A DNA stretch of 25,236 nt from a virus (IMGVR_UViG_3300020045_013299:1-25236), one strand, 5' to 3'; positions 15,496 through 25,235 are shown, counted from the first letter of the stretch. Notes: generated from the sequence alone by a model not told the origin. Numbers and translations: made by a program.

Positions 15496-16672
15496 TAACT
15501 GGGTGGACTCCTTCGAGAATTACTGCGCTCACAAAGGCTCCCCCCAAATCTTCACTAAGTGGGCGGGCATCTTTACAGTGGCCGCCGCCCTTGAACGACG
15601 AGTCTGGATCAACACTAATAAGGGGAAGAACTTCGCGGGCATGTTCACCTTCCTCGTCGGTCCCCCGGGCGCGGGTAAAACCCTGGCGATGAAACTATCC
15701 CGGGAGTTCCTCGCATCCCTCGACAAGTTCCACCTAGCCCCGTCGTCAGTAACCAAGGCCTCGATGGTCGATGCACTTAGCGAAGCCGTACGTCAGATCA
15801 TCCGGCCGAAGGAGACCCCATCGATCATCAACTTCAACTCCGTCACCGTATCATCGAACGAGCTTGGAACATTCCTAACCGCTTATGAGTCCGACTTCAT
15901 GTCCTTCCTCACCGATCTTTGGGATGCGGATAACTATTCCGAGACCCGGCGTAGTTCCAAGCTCAACATCAAAATCGACAACCCTCAGATCAACATGATG
16001 GCCGCTACCACCCCGGCTTGGCTCACGGGCTTTCTCCCCGAGGGCGCGTGGGACATGGGTTTCCTATCCCGCGTCATGCTCGTCTACTCCGGCGCCGATG
16101 AGCCGGGGGATCTCTTCGCCGAGAACACCTACGATCAAGCCTTGAAAAAGGATCTCACCCATGACATTAAACAGATCTTCGAGCTATATGGGAAGATGGA
16201 GTTCACAGAAGATGCGGCGAAGCTTATCACGGCTTGGCACAAGGCAAAGGGCCCTCCCATCCCCGACCACCCGAAGCTTGCTCATTATAACACTCGCCGG
16301 ACTCAGCATCTTCTCAAGCTGTGCATGGTATCTTCTGTATCAGCTGGCAATGATCTTCTCATCACGGTAGAGAACTACGTCGAGGCCCTCGATTGGTTGA
16401 CCGAGATGGAGGAGACAATCCCCGATATCTTCAAATCAATGAAGACAGCCGGGGATAGTAAGACGATCGAAGAGGCGTATTATTATGTGTATAAAAGTTT
16501 CGCCCGGGATAAGAAGCTTGTCTCCGAACACCGCCTCCTCGCCTTCCTTTCCGAACGGACCCCGGCTCACAACGTCGAGCGTATCGCGGGGATCATGGTC
16601 AAGGGCGGGCTGCTTGTGAAGGAGTTCATGACCAGCGGTCTTTACGGGTATAAGCCGGGGGCAAAGGACTAA
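15440..16672 (+). CDS. DUF3987-like AAA+ ATPase, putative replicative helicase
   Basis: Walker A VGPPGAGKT, Walker B-like SNELG, LTDLWD, AATTP, GFLSR; start uncertain (ATG 15440 or GTG 15482). Confidence 0.75.
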   Translation: MNNIKTLQSVTPASVRKCNNWVDSFENYCAHKGSPQIFTKWAGIFTVAAALERRVWINTNKGKNFAGMFTFLVGPPGAGKTLAMKLSREFLASLDKFHLAPSSVTKASMVDALSEAVRQIIRPKETPSIINFNSVTVSSNELGTFLTAYESDFMSFLTDLWDADNYSETRRSSKLNIKIDNPQINMMAATTPAWLTGFLPEGAWDMGFLSRVMLVYSGADEPGDLFAENTYDQALKKDLTHDIKQIFELYGKMEFTEDAAKLITAWHKAKGPPIPDHPKLAHYNTRRTQHLLKLCMVSSVSAGNDLLITVENYVEALDWLTEMEETIPDIFKSMKTAGDSKTIEEAYYYVYKSFARDKKLVSEHRLLAFLSERTPAHNVERIAGIMVKGGLLVKEFMTSGLYGYKPGAKD

Positions 16673-17118
16673 GGGTAGAAGTCCGTAGTCGAGATCCAAA
16701 ACGGGTGACACCGATGTTGGAGCTGGGCAAAAGTTCCCCGGGTGAACTCCTTCGTGTCAACCGCGACCAGCCACGGGCCGGCTCTTTGCAACCCCAGCGG
16801 TCTATTTGGTGATCCCGTGTCTTCGGGGTCTCGTTGCACACTCACGGCTATCCGCTCAAAATTATCCGGCCGCTGACCCACATACCAGCTTAGCCCAACG
16901 TATTCACAATCTCTCAGTTTTTCAAAGTTCACCCGGATCAGCGTCCAGCCCGGGCGTGGTGTTTCCATAGAATTAATTTTCAGCTTCCCAACTACCGGCC
17001 ACCACTCAGTTTCTAACCGCGGCCCGAGAGAATAAAACGCCGCGATCATACAGATAGCGATGAAGGTAGCGCAGACCGCCTTGACCCCGGTGTGAAAGAG
17101 TTCAGTTGTCCTAGACAA
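16669..17118 (-). CDS. membrane-anchored protein at the end of the lysis operon
   Basis: N-terminal TM segment (AVCATFIAICMIAAFYSL) followed by a soluble domain with two Cys; stop overlaps the convergent helicase stop. Confidence 0.7.
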   Translation of the reverse strand: MSRTTELFHTGVKAVCATFIAICMIAAFYSLGPRLETEWWPVVGKLKINSMETPRPGWTLIRVNFEKLRDCEYVGLSWYVGQRPDNFERIAVSVQRDPEDTGSPNRPLGLQRAGPWLVAVDTKEFTRGTFAQLQHRCHPFWISTTDFYP

Positions 17119-17419
17119 TTTTCAACCCTCCCTTGATAATGAAGTTGAGTATAGCCAGCACCAGCCCCGATCCAATCGCGGCTAGAATCCACCGTCCCAG
17201 TGATTTAATCCCCGAAACATCGGCTTCGATCCGATCTAGCCGCTCATTCAAATTCTTATCTCGTTCTTCTCTCACCGCCCTATCAATCTTTAACTCATCA
17301 AGAATGTCCTTGGTCCTTCTATGATCGTGAACAATCTCAGTAATTGATTTACCTTGGTCAGATAGATTACGCTCGAGTGTATCAGTCCGCCGGCCGAGTC
17401 TTTCCAAATTCTCTTCCAT
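17111..17419 (-). CDS. coiled-coil protein with a C-terminal TM helix (holin-like)
   Basis: heptad-rich N-terminus, WILAAIGSGLVLAILNFII; AAGGA SD before ATG 17419. Confidence 0.65.
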   Translation of the reverse strand: MEENLERLGRRTDTLERNLSDQGKSITEIVHDHRRTKDILDELKIDRAVREERDKNLNERLDRIEADVSGIKSLGRWILAAIGSGLVLAILNFIIKGGLKIV

Positions 17420-17424
17420 CGGAT

Positions 17425-17628
17425 CTAATCCTTCTTGCATCCTTTATCCGCCCTACACTGTAGTTGAAATGCCGCCAACTCCTTTGCAAAGTTTCGATCG
17501 GTAGTGATGAGGTAATCCACAGACTCAGGTTTTGGGTGCATAAGTGAATAACCCAGTCCATCAGCGGTTCTTCCCTGGCACGAGGATAGTGTCACGCAGC
17601 CCAGTATCATCAAGCTTATTAACCGCAT
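17425..17628 (-). CDS. o-spanin (Rz1-like lipoprotein)
   Basis: MRLISLMILGCVTLSSC lipoprotein signal; starts inside the 3' end of the i-spanin; GGGAG SD. Confidence 0.75.
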   Translation of the reverse strand: MRLISLMILGCVTLSSCQGRTADGLGYSLMHPKPESVDYLITTDRNFAKELAAFQLQCRADKGCKKD

Positions 17629-17782
17629 TCTGAATCTCCCGTTGTTCATCTAGTTGCTCTTGGTCCGCCTTTGCATCGCGGAGTCTCTCCACCGTCCCCC
17701 GATAGATATACCCCTGCCAGTAAGCCCCCGAAATAAGCAAGATGAGAAACACTACCGCCCCGGCTGCGAACCATTTCGCCAT
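17561..17782 (-). CDS. i-spanin (Rz-like)
   Basis: N-terminal TM segment followed by a helical periplasmic region; immediately after the endolysin. Confidence 0.72.
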   Translation of the reverse strand: MAKWFAAGAVVFLILLISGAYWQGYIYRGTVERLRDAKADQEQLDEQREIQNAVNKLDDTGLRDTILVPGKNR

Positions 17783-18465
17783 CAGTTCCTCCGCTTCTTA
17801 ACATACAGGTACATGGCGAAACCAACCGCGGCTACCAGCACCACAGCCAGCGCAATCTGCACCGGGCCATTTCCCTGAAACCAGCCCGTGCCCGCCGCGG
17901 TCAGCACACCCGTAACCGCGGTGATGTTAGTCGAGTTCACCAGCGAAGGTGTATCCCGCTCCGGCTGCGAACCCGAGCTTTGAATGAAACTCCCCTTCGA
18001 CCATAGCCCGGCCTCGGCGCTTCTCCGGTTCACCAGCCCGGTCATCTTTTTCCCCTTCGAGTTAATCCACTTCATCATTTCGCCGGGGACTTCATCGTGT
18101 CGGCCCTCGTTCAATTTCCGTAGCAAGGTCGAGGACCGAAACGCCCCATTCCCCACGTTGAAGATAAACGAAGTCAGCGCGTCGTATTCATTCTGATTCA
18201 ACTCCACCTTGACGCTGCGGGAGATTTCCCTTTCCGCCACAGCGATATCCTGCCGCAGCAACTCTTCCGCCCGATCTTCATTGATAGTCATCCCCGGGCG
18301 CACATCGGACCCGGTATGTCCATAGCCGATCGTGAGCGTACCTTTCACCGCATCACCCGGCTTAATCCGTCGACGTCCCCGGGGCGGATCAAAATCGTCA
18401 TAGGCGAAGGGAATAAACGCTTCCCAGGCTTTAATCTTATTCACACCATTGTCGCTGATCTTCAT
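17782..18465 (-). CDS. endolysin (GH24 lysozyme) with C-terminal hydrophobic helices
   Basis: WE...AYDD...TIGYGHT, NQNEYDALTSFIFNVG, SSTLLRKLN, GLVNRRSAE; C-terminal IALAVVLVAAVGFAMYLYVKKRR. Confidence 0.92.
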   Translation of the reverse strand: MKISDNGVNKIKAWEAFIPFAYDDFDPPRGRRRIKPGDAVKGTLTIGYGHTGSDVRPGMTINEDRAEELLRQDIAVAEREISRSVKVELNQNEYDALTSFIFNVGNGAFRSSTLLRKLNEGRHDEVPGEMMKWINSKGKKMTGLVNRRSAEAGLWSKGSFIQSSGSQPERDTPSLVNSTNITAVTGVLTAAGTGWFQGNGPVQIALAVVLVAAVGFAMYLYVKKRRN

Positions 18466-18469
18466 GATT

Positions 18470-20560
18470 TTACCTCTTCGCTGCAAGGATAAGGAGCTTT
18501 CGCGCCGTGATGTTAGTCGTACCCGCTGACGCCCGCTTCAGCCAGAACGTCAGACCAGCCCCGGAAACTACTCCCGAGGGTATCATATCAATATACTGTT
18601 CGAAGGAACCGCCGGTTGGCACTAGCGACTTACCGCCTCCGATGATTGAGCTTCCCCCGCTTCGTACATCAATTTCCAGTTCGTCTGTGTTACTCGCCTT
18701 GAACTGGCAGAAGACCCAAATGGATGCGCTCGCCCCCCAGCTCACCGTCACCGTTTGCATTTGGGAGTACGAAGTACCAACACTAGCACCGCCCGCCGTT
18801 TCCGCCCCGGCCTGCACTGTCACGGCGTTACCCGCGATGTTCAGTGTATCAACCGTCAAGCTTCCCATGATAGCGGAAGAGATATTCACCGCACCCAAGG
18901 TAGCTGAAATCGCCGAGAGCGAAGTAACATTCATCTTCGCCGCCGTGATCGCCCCGGCTTGCACCTTATCAGCGGTGATTGCCCCGGCCCCGATTTCAGT
19001 CGCCGTTACCGCCCCAGCCGCAATCTTCGCGGTCAAGATAGCCCCAGCTAGAATCGCATCCGAGGTCACAGCCCCGGCCGTTATCTTACTCGCGGTCACA
19101 GCCCCGGCGCTAAGCTTCGGGGTGCTAATCGCCCCGTCGCTAATCTGCGTTGAGGTGATCGTTCCCGCGATATCCGCCGCTGCCGTTTCCCTTGTCCAGC
19201 CCGACGCCGTATATCTATACAGCTTCCCATCCGAGTTAAGATACGCAACATCGCCGATGGTGTTACCCGAAGCTGGCAACGTATTCACAATATGAATACC
19301 CGTGAAGCCGTCGGGGAAGTTAACGTCTTCCGCGGTTACTAGCGGCACCCATTCCGTACCATCCCAGCTATACAACTTCCCATCAAGTTCCTGATAGGCG
19401 GTCTGTCCAACGAACAGCCCCTCTTCCGGGAGAATAGGATAGATGTAGAAGTAGCTCGCATCATCGGGGAGTTCAACTTCACCACCCCCGCCACCTTCGC
19501 CACTTCCCAGCACCTGCGTCCACTCACCGCCGATGTAGATGTAAAGTTTGCTATCGGCAAGGTTGTAAACAGCCCGGCCTACAAAGTTATCGGTATCCGG
19601 CAGCGCATCCACCACCTCGATATATCCGAAGGTGGGAATACCGCCGCCACCTTCTCCGGTCCCCACCGTGATCCAGGTTGCCCCGTCGTAAACGTAAAGC
19701 AGGTTATCCGTGGTGAGAAATACTACCTGCCCCTCAACCGCTGACCCCGGCAACGCCCCGACAGTTTTAACAAAAGATGAGCCGGCCGGCGGTTCAGCTA
19801 CCGCATAAGCCGCAGCCATCTTCACCTCAACCTTAACCCCGTTGGGAACCGCGCCGGAAAGTATCAGCACCCCATCCACAACGATGTAAGACTCTTTGTG
19901 CTGATAAACGCCCGAGACATAAACGTCGATCGCGTCTTCGAGAATATCAACATTCTCAAGATCGAAATCAGTCTCCGTACCATCCCCGGTAAACTGCATA
20001 TAGTCGGGGATAACCGCGTCGATCATTTCAGCGAAGTCTTCGGCAGCCGCGAGGTAAGCCGCCGCTTGATCCTTATACGCCTCCGCTTCATCCGCGCTCG
20101 CCGCAGCATTTTCCGCAAATCCGGCGGCCGCTACAACCAGATCCCCAAATTCATCCGGGTCCTGCCCAAACGGAACTAGCACGGCTTGCGAGATATCGTC
20201 AACCAGCTGTTGAATCTGCATTTCCTGCCGATCCATCGCGGTCATGATACTCGGGCCATCGTAACCCCCATAGCGGGTCAATTCAAGTTCCTGAATGTAG
20301 GGAACCCGACGCTGGATCACGATGCGAGAGGTCGATGGAAGTTTCACCGTCGGGGAGTAGCTAACCGTCCCGCTTCCGTCATCGTTGAAAACCACAACGA
20401 CAGTTGGATCAGCGTCCGTGGTTACAAACGTTGTCGCATCTTGAATGTAGATGTTGAGAAGATCCTCGTCCGCCGGGGAAACCGGGAAGGAGAATGGAAA
20501 CTCCGTAGTAACCCCGTTGCCAGTGTACGCTACGATAGAGCCGGTGTTGGTGACGCTCAT
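18470..20560 (-). CDS. tail fibre / receptor-binding protein
   Basis: T7 gp17-like N-terminus YTGNGVTTEFPFSF...IQRRVP; internal repeats; position between the internal virion protein and lysis genes. Confidence 0.85.
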   Translation of the reverse strand: MSVTNTGSIVAYTGNGVTTEFPFSFPVSPADEDLLNIYIQDATTFVTTDADPTVVVVFNDDGSGTVSYSPTVKLPSTSRIVIQRRVPYIQELELTRYGGYDGPSIMTAMDRQEMQIQQLVDDISQAVLVPFGQDPDEFGDLVVAAAGFAENAAASADEAEAYKDQAAAYLAAAEDFAEMIDAVIPDYMQFTGDGTETDFDLENVDILEDAIDVYVSGVYQHKESYIVVDGVLILSGAVPNGVKVEVKMAAAYAVAEPPAGSSFVKTVGALPGSAVEGQVVFLTTDNLLYVYDGATWITVGTGEGGGGIPTFGYIEVVDALPDTDNFVGRAVYNLADSKLYIYIGGEWTQVLGSGEGGGGGEVELPDDASYFYIYPILPEEGLFVGQTAYQELDGKLYSWDGTEWVPLVTAEDVNFPDGFTGIHIVNTLPASGNTIGDVAYLNSDGKLYRYTASGWTRETAAADIAGTITSTQISDGAISTPKLSAGAVTASKITAGAVTSDAILAGAILTAKIAAGAVTATEIGAGAITADKVQAGAITAAKMNVTSLSAISATLGAVNISSAIMGSLTVDTLNIAGNAVTVQAGAETAGGASVGTSYSQMQTVTVSWGASASIWVFCQFKASNTDELEIDVRSGGSSIIGGGKSLVPTGGSFEQYIDMIPSGVVSGAGLTFWLKRASAGTTNITARKLLILAAKR
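18932..19171 (-). repeat. about eight tandem 10-aa AGA[VI]TxxKI repeats (30-bp period)
   Basis: AGAVTASKIT AGAVTSDAIL AGAILTAKIA AGAVTATEIG AGAITADKVQ AGAITAAKMN; GCCCCGGC-like words recur on the + strand. Confidence 0.85.
19196..19774 (-). repeat. four approximately 30-aa LP..G..LY..DG.W modules in the tail fibre
   Basis: ALPGSAVEGQVVFLTTDNLLYVYDGATW / ALPDTDNFVGRAVYNLADSKLYIYIGGEW / ILPEEGLFVGQTAYQELDGKLYSWDGTEW / TLPASGNTIGDVAYLNSDGKLYRYTASGW. Confidence 0.85.
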
Positions 20561-23500
20561 TGACCTCTCCTTTCAGGAAGGCTGGAACCAGCTGAAGCTT
20601 CGACTGCATCGATAGCTTGGCGAAGATAAAATACGTTTTGGAAGGGGAGGAGTTTACGGAACTCTTTAAGTGTAGCTTGGGTCGGCTCATTAATCCCGGT
20701 GACTACCGAAGCAACGCCCTGGCCAAAATCAAACGACGGGCCGAGCAAGGATTCCATAAGATTATCCCCCGGCCGCCGAGTGGATTTTTTCCCTGAGAAA
20801 CTTACGTAATCGGAGATAAGGGGGATGTTCTGGCCCACACGCTGGACTTCCCCAAGTCCGCCGATCAGGCCGCTTCGCCCGATAGCTTCATCAGCCCAAC
20901 GATTTATATCCGCGTTCATCATATCTTCATACGCCTGTCCCCCGGTTGATACTGCCCAGAAATAATAACCCAATGCCCCGAGTCCCATCGAGGCCATAGA
21001 CCCGGAAAGCACCGCAGCATCTTTCTGCTGCAGCCCGGCCAACATAATCTTCGGCGTTGAGGCCATTCCGAAACTCTTAAACTGGTACAGCATTCTTCCC
21101 AGTTCATTCGTGTCAGAAAGCAGCGGTCGTTCAAGCCCCGGCTGGATAATAGTCCGCGAGACTTCCCGGTACAATGCTTGCCGGTAGATCTGCGTGGCTT
21201 CAAAGTTCTCCCAGCTTTCAGTGTTCGGCCACCAGACCCCGTTCACCTTAGCCCCGCCGGCATTCTCCATAACTTCTTTCCAAAGCAGCGCCGCATCGGG
21301 GCCTTCAATCCCGATCATGGCGAGGTATTCCACCGCCTCTTGTTCTTTCATAATCCCCTTCGCGCCATTGATCGTCGCCAGGGCATCCATGATTTTCACA
21401 TTAGCTATATTAGCCGTAACCGCCTTCATTCCAACTGTCCAATAATCAAACAGCGCAATCAAGCCGATCTTATTCGTCGCCCACTGAACACCCTCCTCAA
21501 ACTTACTCCCCCGTTTCATATCGTCCAGAGTATCGGAAAGGGCCATAGCGCGGGAATGTAACGCGATGTCATTCGCGGCGTTGGCTAGCTTGGCTTCCCG
21601 AAAATTCATTTTGAAGGCTTTGAGGTTATTAATCAGCGGGAGAAAGCCATCCCGGAAAGTTCGAGTGAGTCCGTATTTCATCACCGGCTGCCCCATATCC
21701 GGAAGAGAGGCCCAGAGCACACCACCCATCTGCCGGGCTACGTTCAGTTCCCTTACCAGTTTAGCCCCCCGATAAGCCACGCCGTCTGGATCAGCGGGCA
21801 ACCCCCGGATATTTCTAATCCGAGCTATCGACGCTTCCCAATTATTCTTATACAGCGTGAAATCTTTATTCAGCTGCTGAGATTTCTTTTCCTTCTGTGC
21901 CGGGGAAAGATTGGGATCTTCGTCAATGAGGCGGAGTTTCTGGTCAAGCTCATCTCGGGCCGGCTGTTGAATAGTTTCCCAGTCCATCGAACCGAACTTC
22001 TTATTCAGTTCAATATCTGGTCCCATCGTCCGAACGTAGCGTTTCGTAATCTCATCAATGTCTGTTTCGAGGAAGTCGGAAATTTCCAGTGAAGAAATAT
22101 CAACGGCCCGGCGAAGTTCTGCGCCCCGCTTATGCAACATGAGGTCGATAGCGGGAAGCCGGTTGTAGTTCCCGACGATCTGGTCTTTCAGCACCGTGGC
22201 GATCTCTCTCGCGTGGTCCATGAAATTGGCAGCCCCGTTTTCCAAATCCATTCCCGCCGCCGTCTTAGCCCAACGATCTCCAAATTCACGAGTAATTTGT
22301 GCCGGCCGCTTCTTCAACTGTCCGATCTTATATTCAACTTGAGCCGGGTCTAGCTTCGCGGCTTCCCGATCCAGCGCGGCAATTCTCTTCCCTCGACGTA
22401 GGTTGATCTCCGCCATTTCATCATTCAGAAATGTCAGCCCTTCATTAACTGTGTTGCGGATTTCTTCGCGAGAGAGGTTCTCCGCGTTGTCAAGCTTCGC
22501 AGCAATAACGTTAAGCTTTTCTTGGCGAATGAGTTGTCTATCTTCCGCCGCTCCGAGTTCGGGACCAAAGCCTTCCGCCTGCAACTTAACTACCTTCTCT
22601 TCCCCCTTCTCAAACGTAGCCAACGCGGAAGTAAACTGGTTTTTAAACTTAACCAGCTCCGCATCCAGCTTTTCATCCGACCATTTCTGCAACTCCTTCC
22701 ACGTTGTCTGGGCTTTCCTCGCCACCCGTTCAAACGCTTCGATGCTTTTATCTTCCAGCGCCTCAATCCGGTCAAGCTTCTGCGCCCGGCGCTCACTCAA
22801 CACCGCCCGGGACCGGGACAAATTACGAATGCGAGTTTGCAGTTCTCTTTGCAATTCCTTCGCCCGCTTGAGATCTGCTCCCCCGGCGTTCTCCATATCC
22901 TTCGCGTCAGCACGAAGCTGCTTTCTCACCCGTTCCAGTCGGGTTTGATTTAGCTTGGTAATGTCATATCCGATGAGATCTTTCGCACCCCGGCGAGTTT
23001 CAATCGCCTCACTCATCTTCATAACCCGGGCTAGTTCTTCCGAAGACAACGCCGCCGGATTATTCGCAAGCCGGGACTCCAACGCCCGGGTTTCCGATAT
23101 CGCAGCCTGAAGATTCTTAACCGCATCCGGGGTGGTAGCTTTTACAATCGCCAGCTCATTGATGAACTTATCCCGCAGCGCCGCAACCGTTTCCGGGGGA
23201 GCTTCGACATCATCGATCTCCGTCTTAGCCTTCTTCACTTTCGTTTGCATTTTCTCAAGCTCGGTCTTAAACTGTGCTTCGAGTTTCTTCGAATAGTGAT
23301 TTGCTATCTTTTCGATAAATTCAATCGGCCGGCGCTGGATCGCAACGTCGTTATAAATGCGGTGGAGCCACGCCTTATCCCCAACTACTTCAATATCTTC
23401 CGGAAGGAGTTTAGCTTTTTTCGCAAGATCAAGAATAGGACCATAGACTTTGGCTTGTAACTCATTCGCGATTTCCACCACTTCCTTGTGTTGGGACTCA

Positions 23501-24612
23501 AATCCGCCCCAGATTGTTTTAGAAATTTCCGCGTTAAACTCTGGGCGGGACATTTTTGCCGCGGACATAGCTCCGCCGATGCGAGCCCGAGTGTTCGCGA
23601 AAAGCATCGGGGAGGCGCCTTCGAAGAAATATTTATTGTACGCCCGGTCGGTGGCTTCAATACCCTCGGTCAGCAAACCTCCATAAGTAGACTGGGCCCG
23701 GTTCCAGACTGTGCCGCCCGGGGAAGGAGCAACGCCTTCCAACGCACCTTCCAATTTCAACGCCGAGTCATCAAGGGCCGCGGTTAGAGAGCGCCAATTC
23801 AGATTACTAACCTGATCAATATTTTCCGTAATCGGGTTAGCCGTAACGCCGGTCTTATTAATCACCCGGCTCACGGCCCGCACGTCAGCCCCAACCAAAT
23901 TTCCAGGATCCCGGGCTACGACGTCAGCGCCCAGTCCACCGCTTCCTTGCACGTCTATATCATTTGCAGCCCGGGTTAGTTCTTCTTCAAACTGCGCTCG
24001 AACCTCCGGCGTCACCCGGTAGAACACCCCGCCGAGGATTCCCATCAGCGCTGTCGATGCAGCAATGCCAATCAGCGATTCATCCACGCTTCGGGTTTCC
24101 TGCGTCCCCTGCAACACACCTTCAGTGGCCACCCCGGTTGCGAAACCTATCGACGCCATCTTCGCCGCCTGTCGGGCTCGGGTAGCACCACCCACGAGTG
24201 GAACGAAAGATAAGGGGGAGGCCAGCCCGGCTGTGATACTCGCGGCGAACCCGGTCCAGCCCGAGCGGGATAGCGTATCCCGGTCCTGATTTTCCTGCGT
24301 TATCTTTGAGACCTTGTAAAGAAATTCATCGTCGCTTTCTACTCCGAGGAACGCATCAGGGTAGGTCTGGAACAAGTTTGTCTTGTTAGCCTTGTCATAT
24401 TCCTGCGCCCGGCTCTTAACATTGAAATCGCTTTTCAGCCCCTGGTTCTTAAACGGATGCTCCGAATATTCCATCAACGCCGCAACGTCATTCTCCATCC
24501 GAAACCCCGCGTCGAAGGTTTCAGAGACCGATGGATCGGGCTTCGGGGTGAGATCGGGCGTTTCGCTAAAGCGATTAAACTCACGAGACGGGGTGTCGAA
24601 AACAATCGGCAT
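20557..24612 (-). CDS. large internal virion / DNA-ejection protein (1351 aa)
   Basis: size, helical and coiled-coil character, Gly/Ala hydrophobic stretches, C-terminal QFKSF and LLPFQN motifs, position upstream of the tail fibre as in podoviruses. Confidence 0.72.
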   Translation of the reverse strand: MPIVFDTPSREFNRFSETPDLTPKPDPSVSETFDAGFRMENDVAALMEYSEHPFKNQGLKSDFNVKSRAQEYDKANKTNLFQTYPDAFLGVESDDEFLYKVSKITQENQDRDTLSRSGWTGFAASITAGLASPLSFVPLVGGATRARQAAKMASIGFATGVATEGVLQGTQETRSVDESLIGIAASTALMGILGGVFYRVTPEVRAQFEEELTRAANDIDVQGSGGLGADVVARDPGNLVGADVRAVSRVINKTGVTANPITENIDQVSNLNWRSLTAALDDSALKLEGALEGVAPSPGGTVWNRAQSTYGGLLTEGIEATDRAYNKYFFEGASPMLFANTRARIGGAMSAAKMSRPEFNAEISKTIWGGFESQHKEVVEIANELQAKVYGPILDLAKKAKLLPEDIEVVGDKAWLHRIYNDVAIQRRPIEFIEKIANHYSKKLEAQFKTELEKMQTKVKKAKTEIDDVEAPPETVAALRDKFINELAIVKATTPDAVKNLQAAISETRALESRLANNPAALSSEELARVMKMSEAIETRRGAKDLIGYDITKLNQTRLERVRKQLRADAKDMENAGGADLKRAKELQRELQTRIRNLSRSRAVLSERRAQKLDRIEALEDKSIEAFERVARKAQTTWKELQKWSDEKLDAELVKFKNQFTSALATFEKGEEKVVKLQAEGFGPELGAAEDRQLIRQEKLNVIAAKLDNAENLSREEIRNTVNEGLTFLNDEMAEINLRRGKRIAALDREAAKLDPAQVEYKIGQLKKRPAQITREFGDRWAKTAAGMDLENGAANFMDHAREIATVLKDQIVGNYNRLPAIDLMLHKRGAELRRAVDISSLEISDFLETDIDEITKRYVRTMGPDIELNKKFGSMDWETIQQPARDELDQKLRLIDEDPNLSPAQKEKKSQQLNKDFTLYKNNWEASIARIRNIRGLPADPDGVAYRGAKLVRELNVARQMGGVLWASLPDMGQPVMKYGLTRTFRDGFLPLINNLKAFKMNFREAKLANAANDIALHSRAMALSDTLDDMKRGSKFEEGVQWATNKIGLIALFDYWTVGMKAVTANIANVKIMDALATINGAKGIMKEQEAVEYLAMIGIEGPDAALLWKEVMENAGGAKVNGVWWPNTESWENFEATQIYRQALYREVSRTIIQPGLERPLLSDTNELGRMLYQFKSFGMASTPKIMLAGLQQKDAAVLSGSMASMGLGALGYYFWAVSTGGQAYEDMMNADINRWADEAIGRSGLIGGLGEVQRVGQNIPLISDYVSFSGKKSTRRPGDNLMESLLGPSFDFGQGVASVVTGINEPTQATLKEFRKLLPFQNVFYLRQAIDAVEASAGSSLPERRGQ

Positions 24613-25235
24613 TAGTAAGTGTTCCCCATTGCATCGGTAGCCGGCATCTGGTAATCATCCGGAGTTTGTTCCGCAGGTGGATTCTGCAGAAGATCCAACT
24701 GTTCCCGCAGTTCCTTTTCCTCGTCAATGATTTCCTGCGGCAGCGTCTTTCCGGTGTTGATAGTGTTAGCCATCATCTTCATTTCTACGATGTCGGTCAG
24801 CCGCTCACCGATTTTCTTAATCTCGTTATTGAGATCGAAGTCAGCCTCTTCCTTCAGCAGAAGTTCCGGCGGCTTCTGGAACCAGATCCGGGGCCGTTCC
24901 CCGTCTACCATCGTATCACGATATACACCGTTAGCATCCTGCGCCATCACGCGGTAGCTCGGCGGCTCGTTACGAACACCAGCCCGGAACTGCTCCCATT
25001 CCTGCCTCGTCTTATCATCGGAGAAAAGCTCGAAACGTTGATCCGGGGCTAGCTTCAGCTCTGCCCTTACCTGCTGATTAATCCATTCGTAGCTTCCGCC
25101 GGATGGTTTATACCCAACAGCCTGAGGCGGGAATTTCATCACGGTCTTTCCATCACCGACCGGGGACACCGCCCACTGAGCCTTGATCGTTTTAAACGCG
25201 GCTTCCAATTTCAACGCCGAGTCATCAAGGGCCGC
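24612..25235 (-). CDS. C-terminal part of another internal virion protein (5'-truncated)
   Basis: frame stays open to the window end; TAATG overlap with the 1351-aa gene. Confidence 0.65.
   Translation of the reverse strand, partial: AALDDSALKLEAAFKTIKAQWAVSPVGDGKTVMKFPPQAVGYKPSGGSYEWINQQVRAELKLAPDQRFELFSDDKTRQEWEQFRAGVRNEPPSYRVMAQDANGVYRDTMVDGERPRIWFQKPPELLLKEEADFDLNNEIKKIGERLTDIVEMKMMANTINTGKTLPQEIIDEEKELREQLDLLQNPPAEQTPDDYQMPATDAMGNTY

Noticed and set aside
1-16672. Prophage or lysogeny module
   Set aside because: No integrase, att site or host genes in the window; the lifestyle cannot be determined from this fragment.
18507-19295. 262-aa + strand ORF with periodic APA motifs
   Set aside because: Antisense shadow of the tail-fibre 10-aa repeats, with no independent coding signal.
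20557-24612. Virion RNA polymerase or lytic transglycosylase in the 1351-aa protein
   Set aside because: No recognisable RNAP catalytic or transglycosylase motifs by eye.
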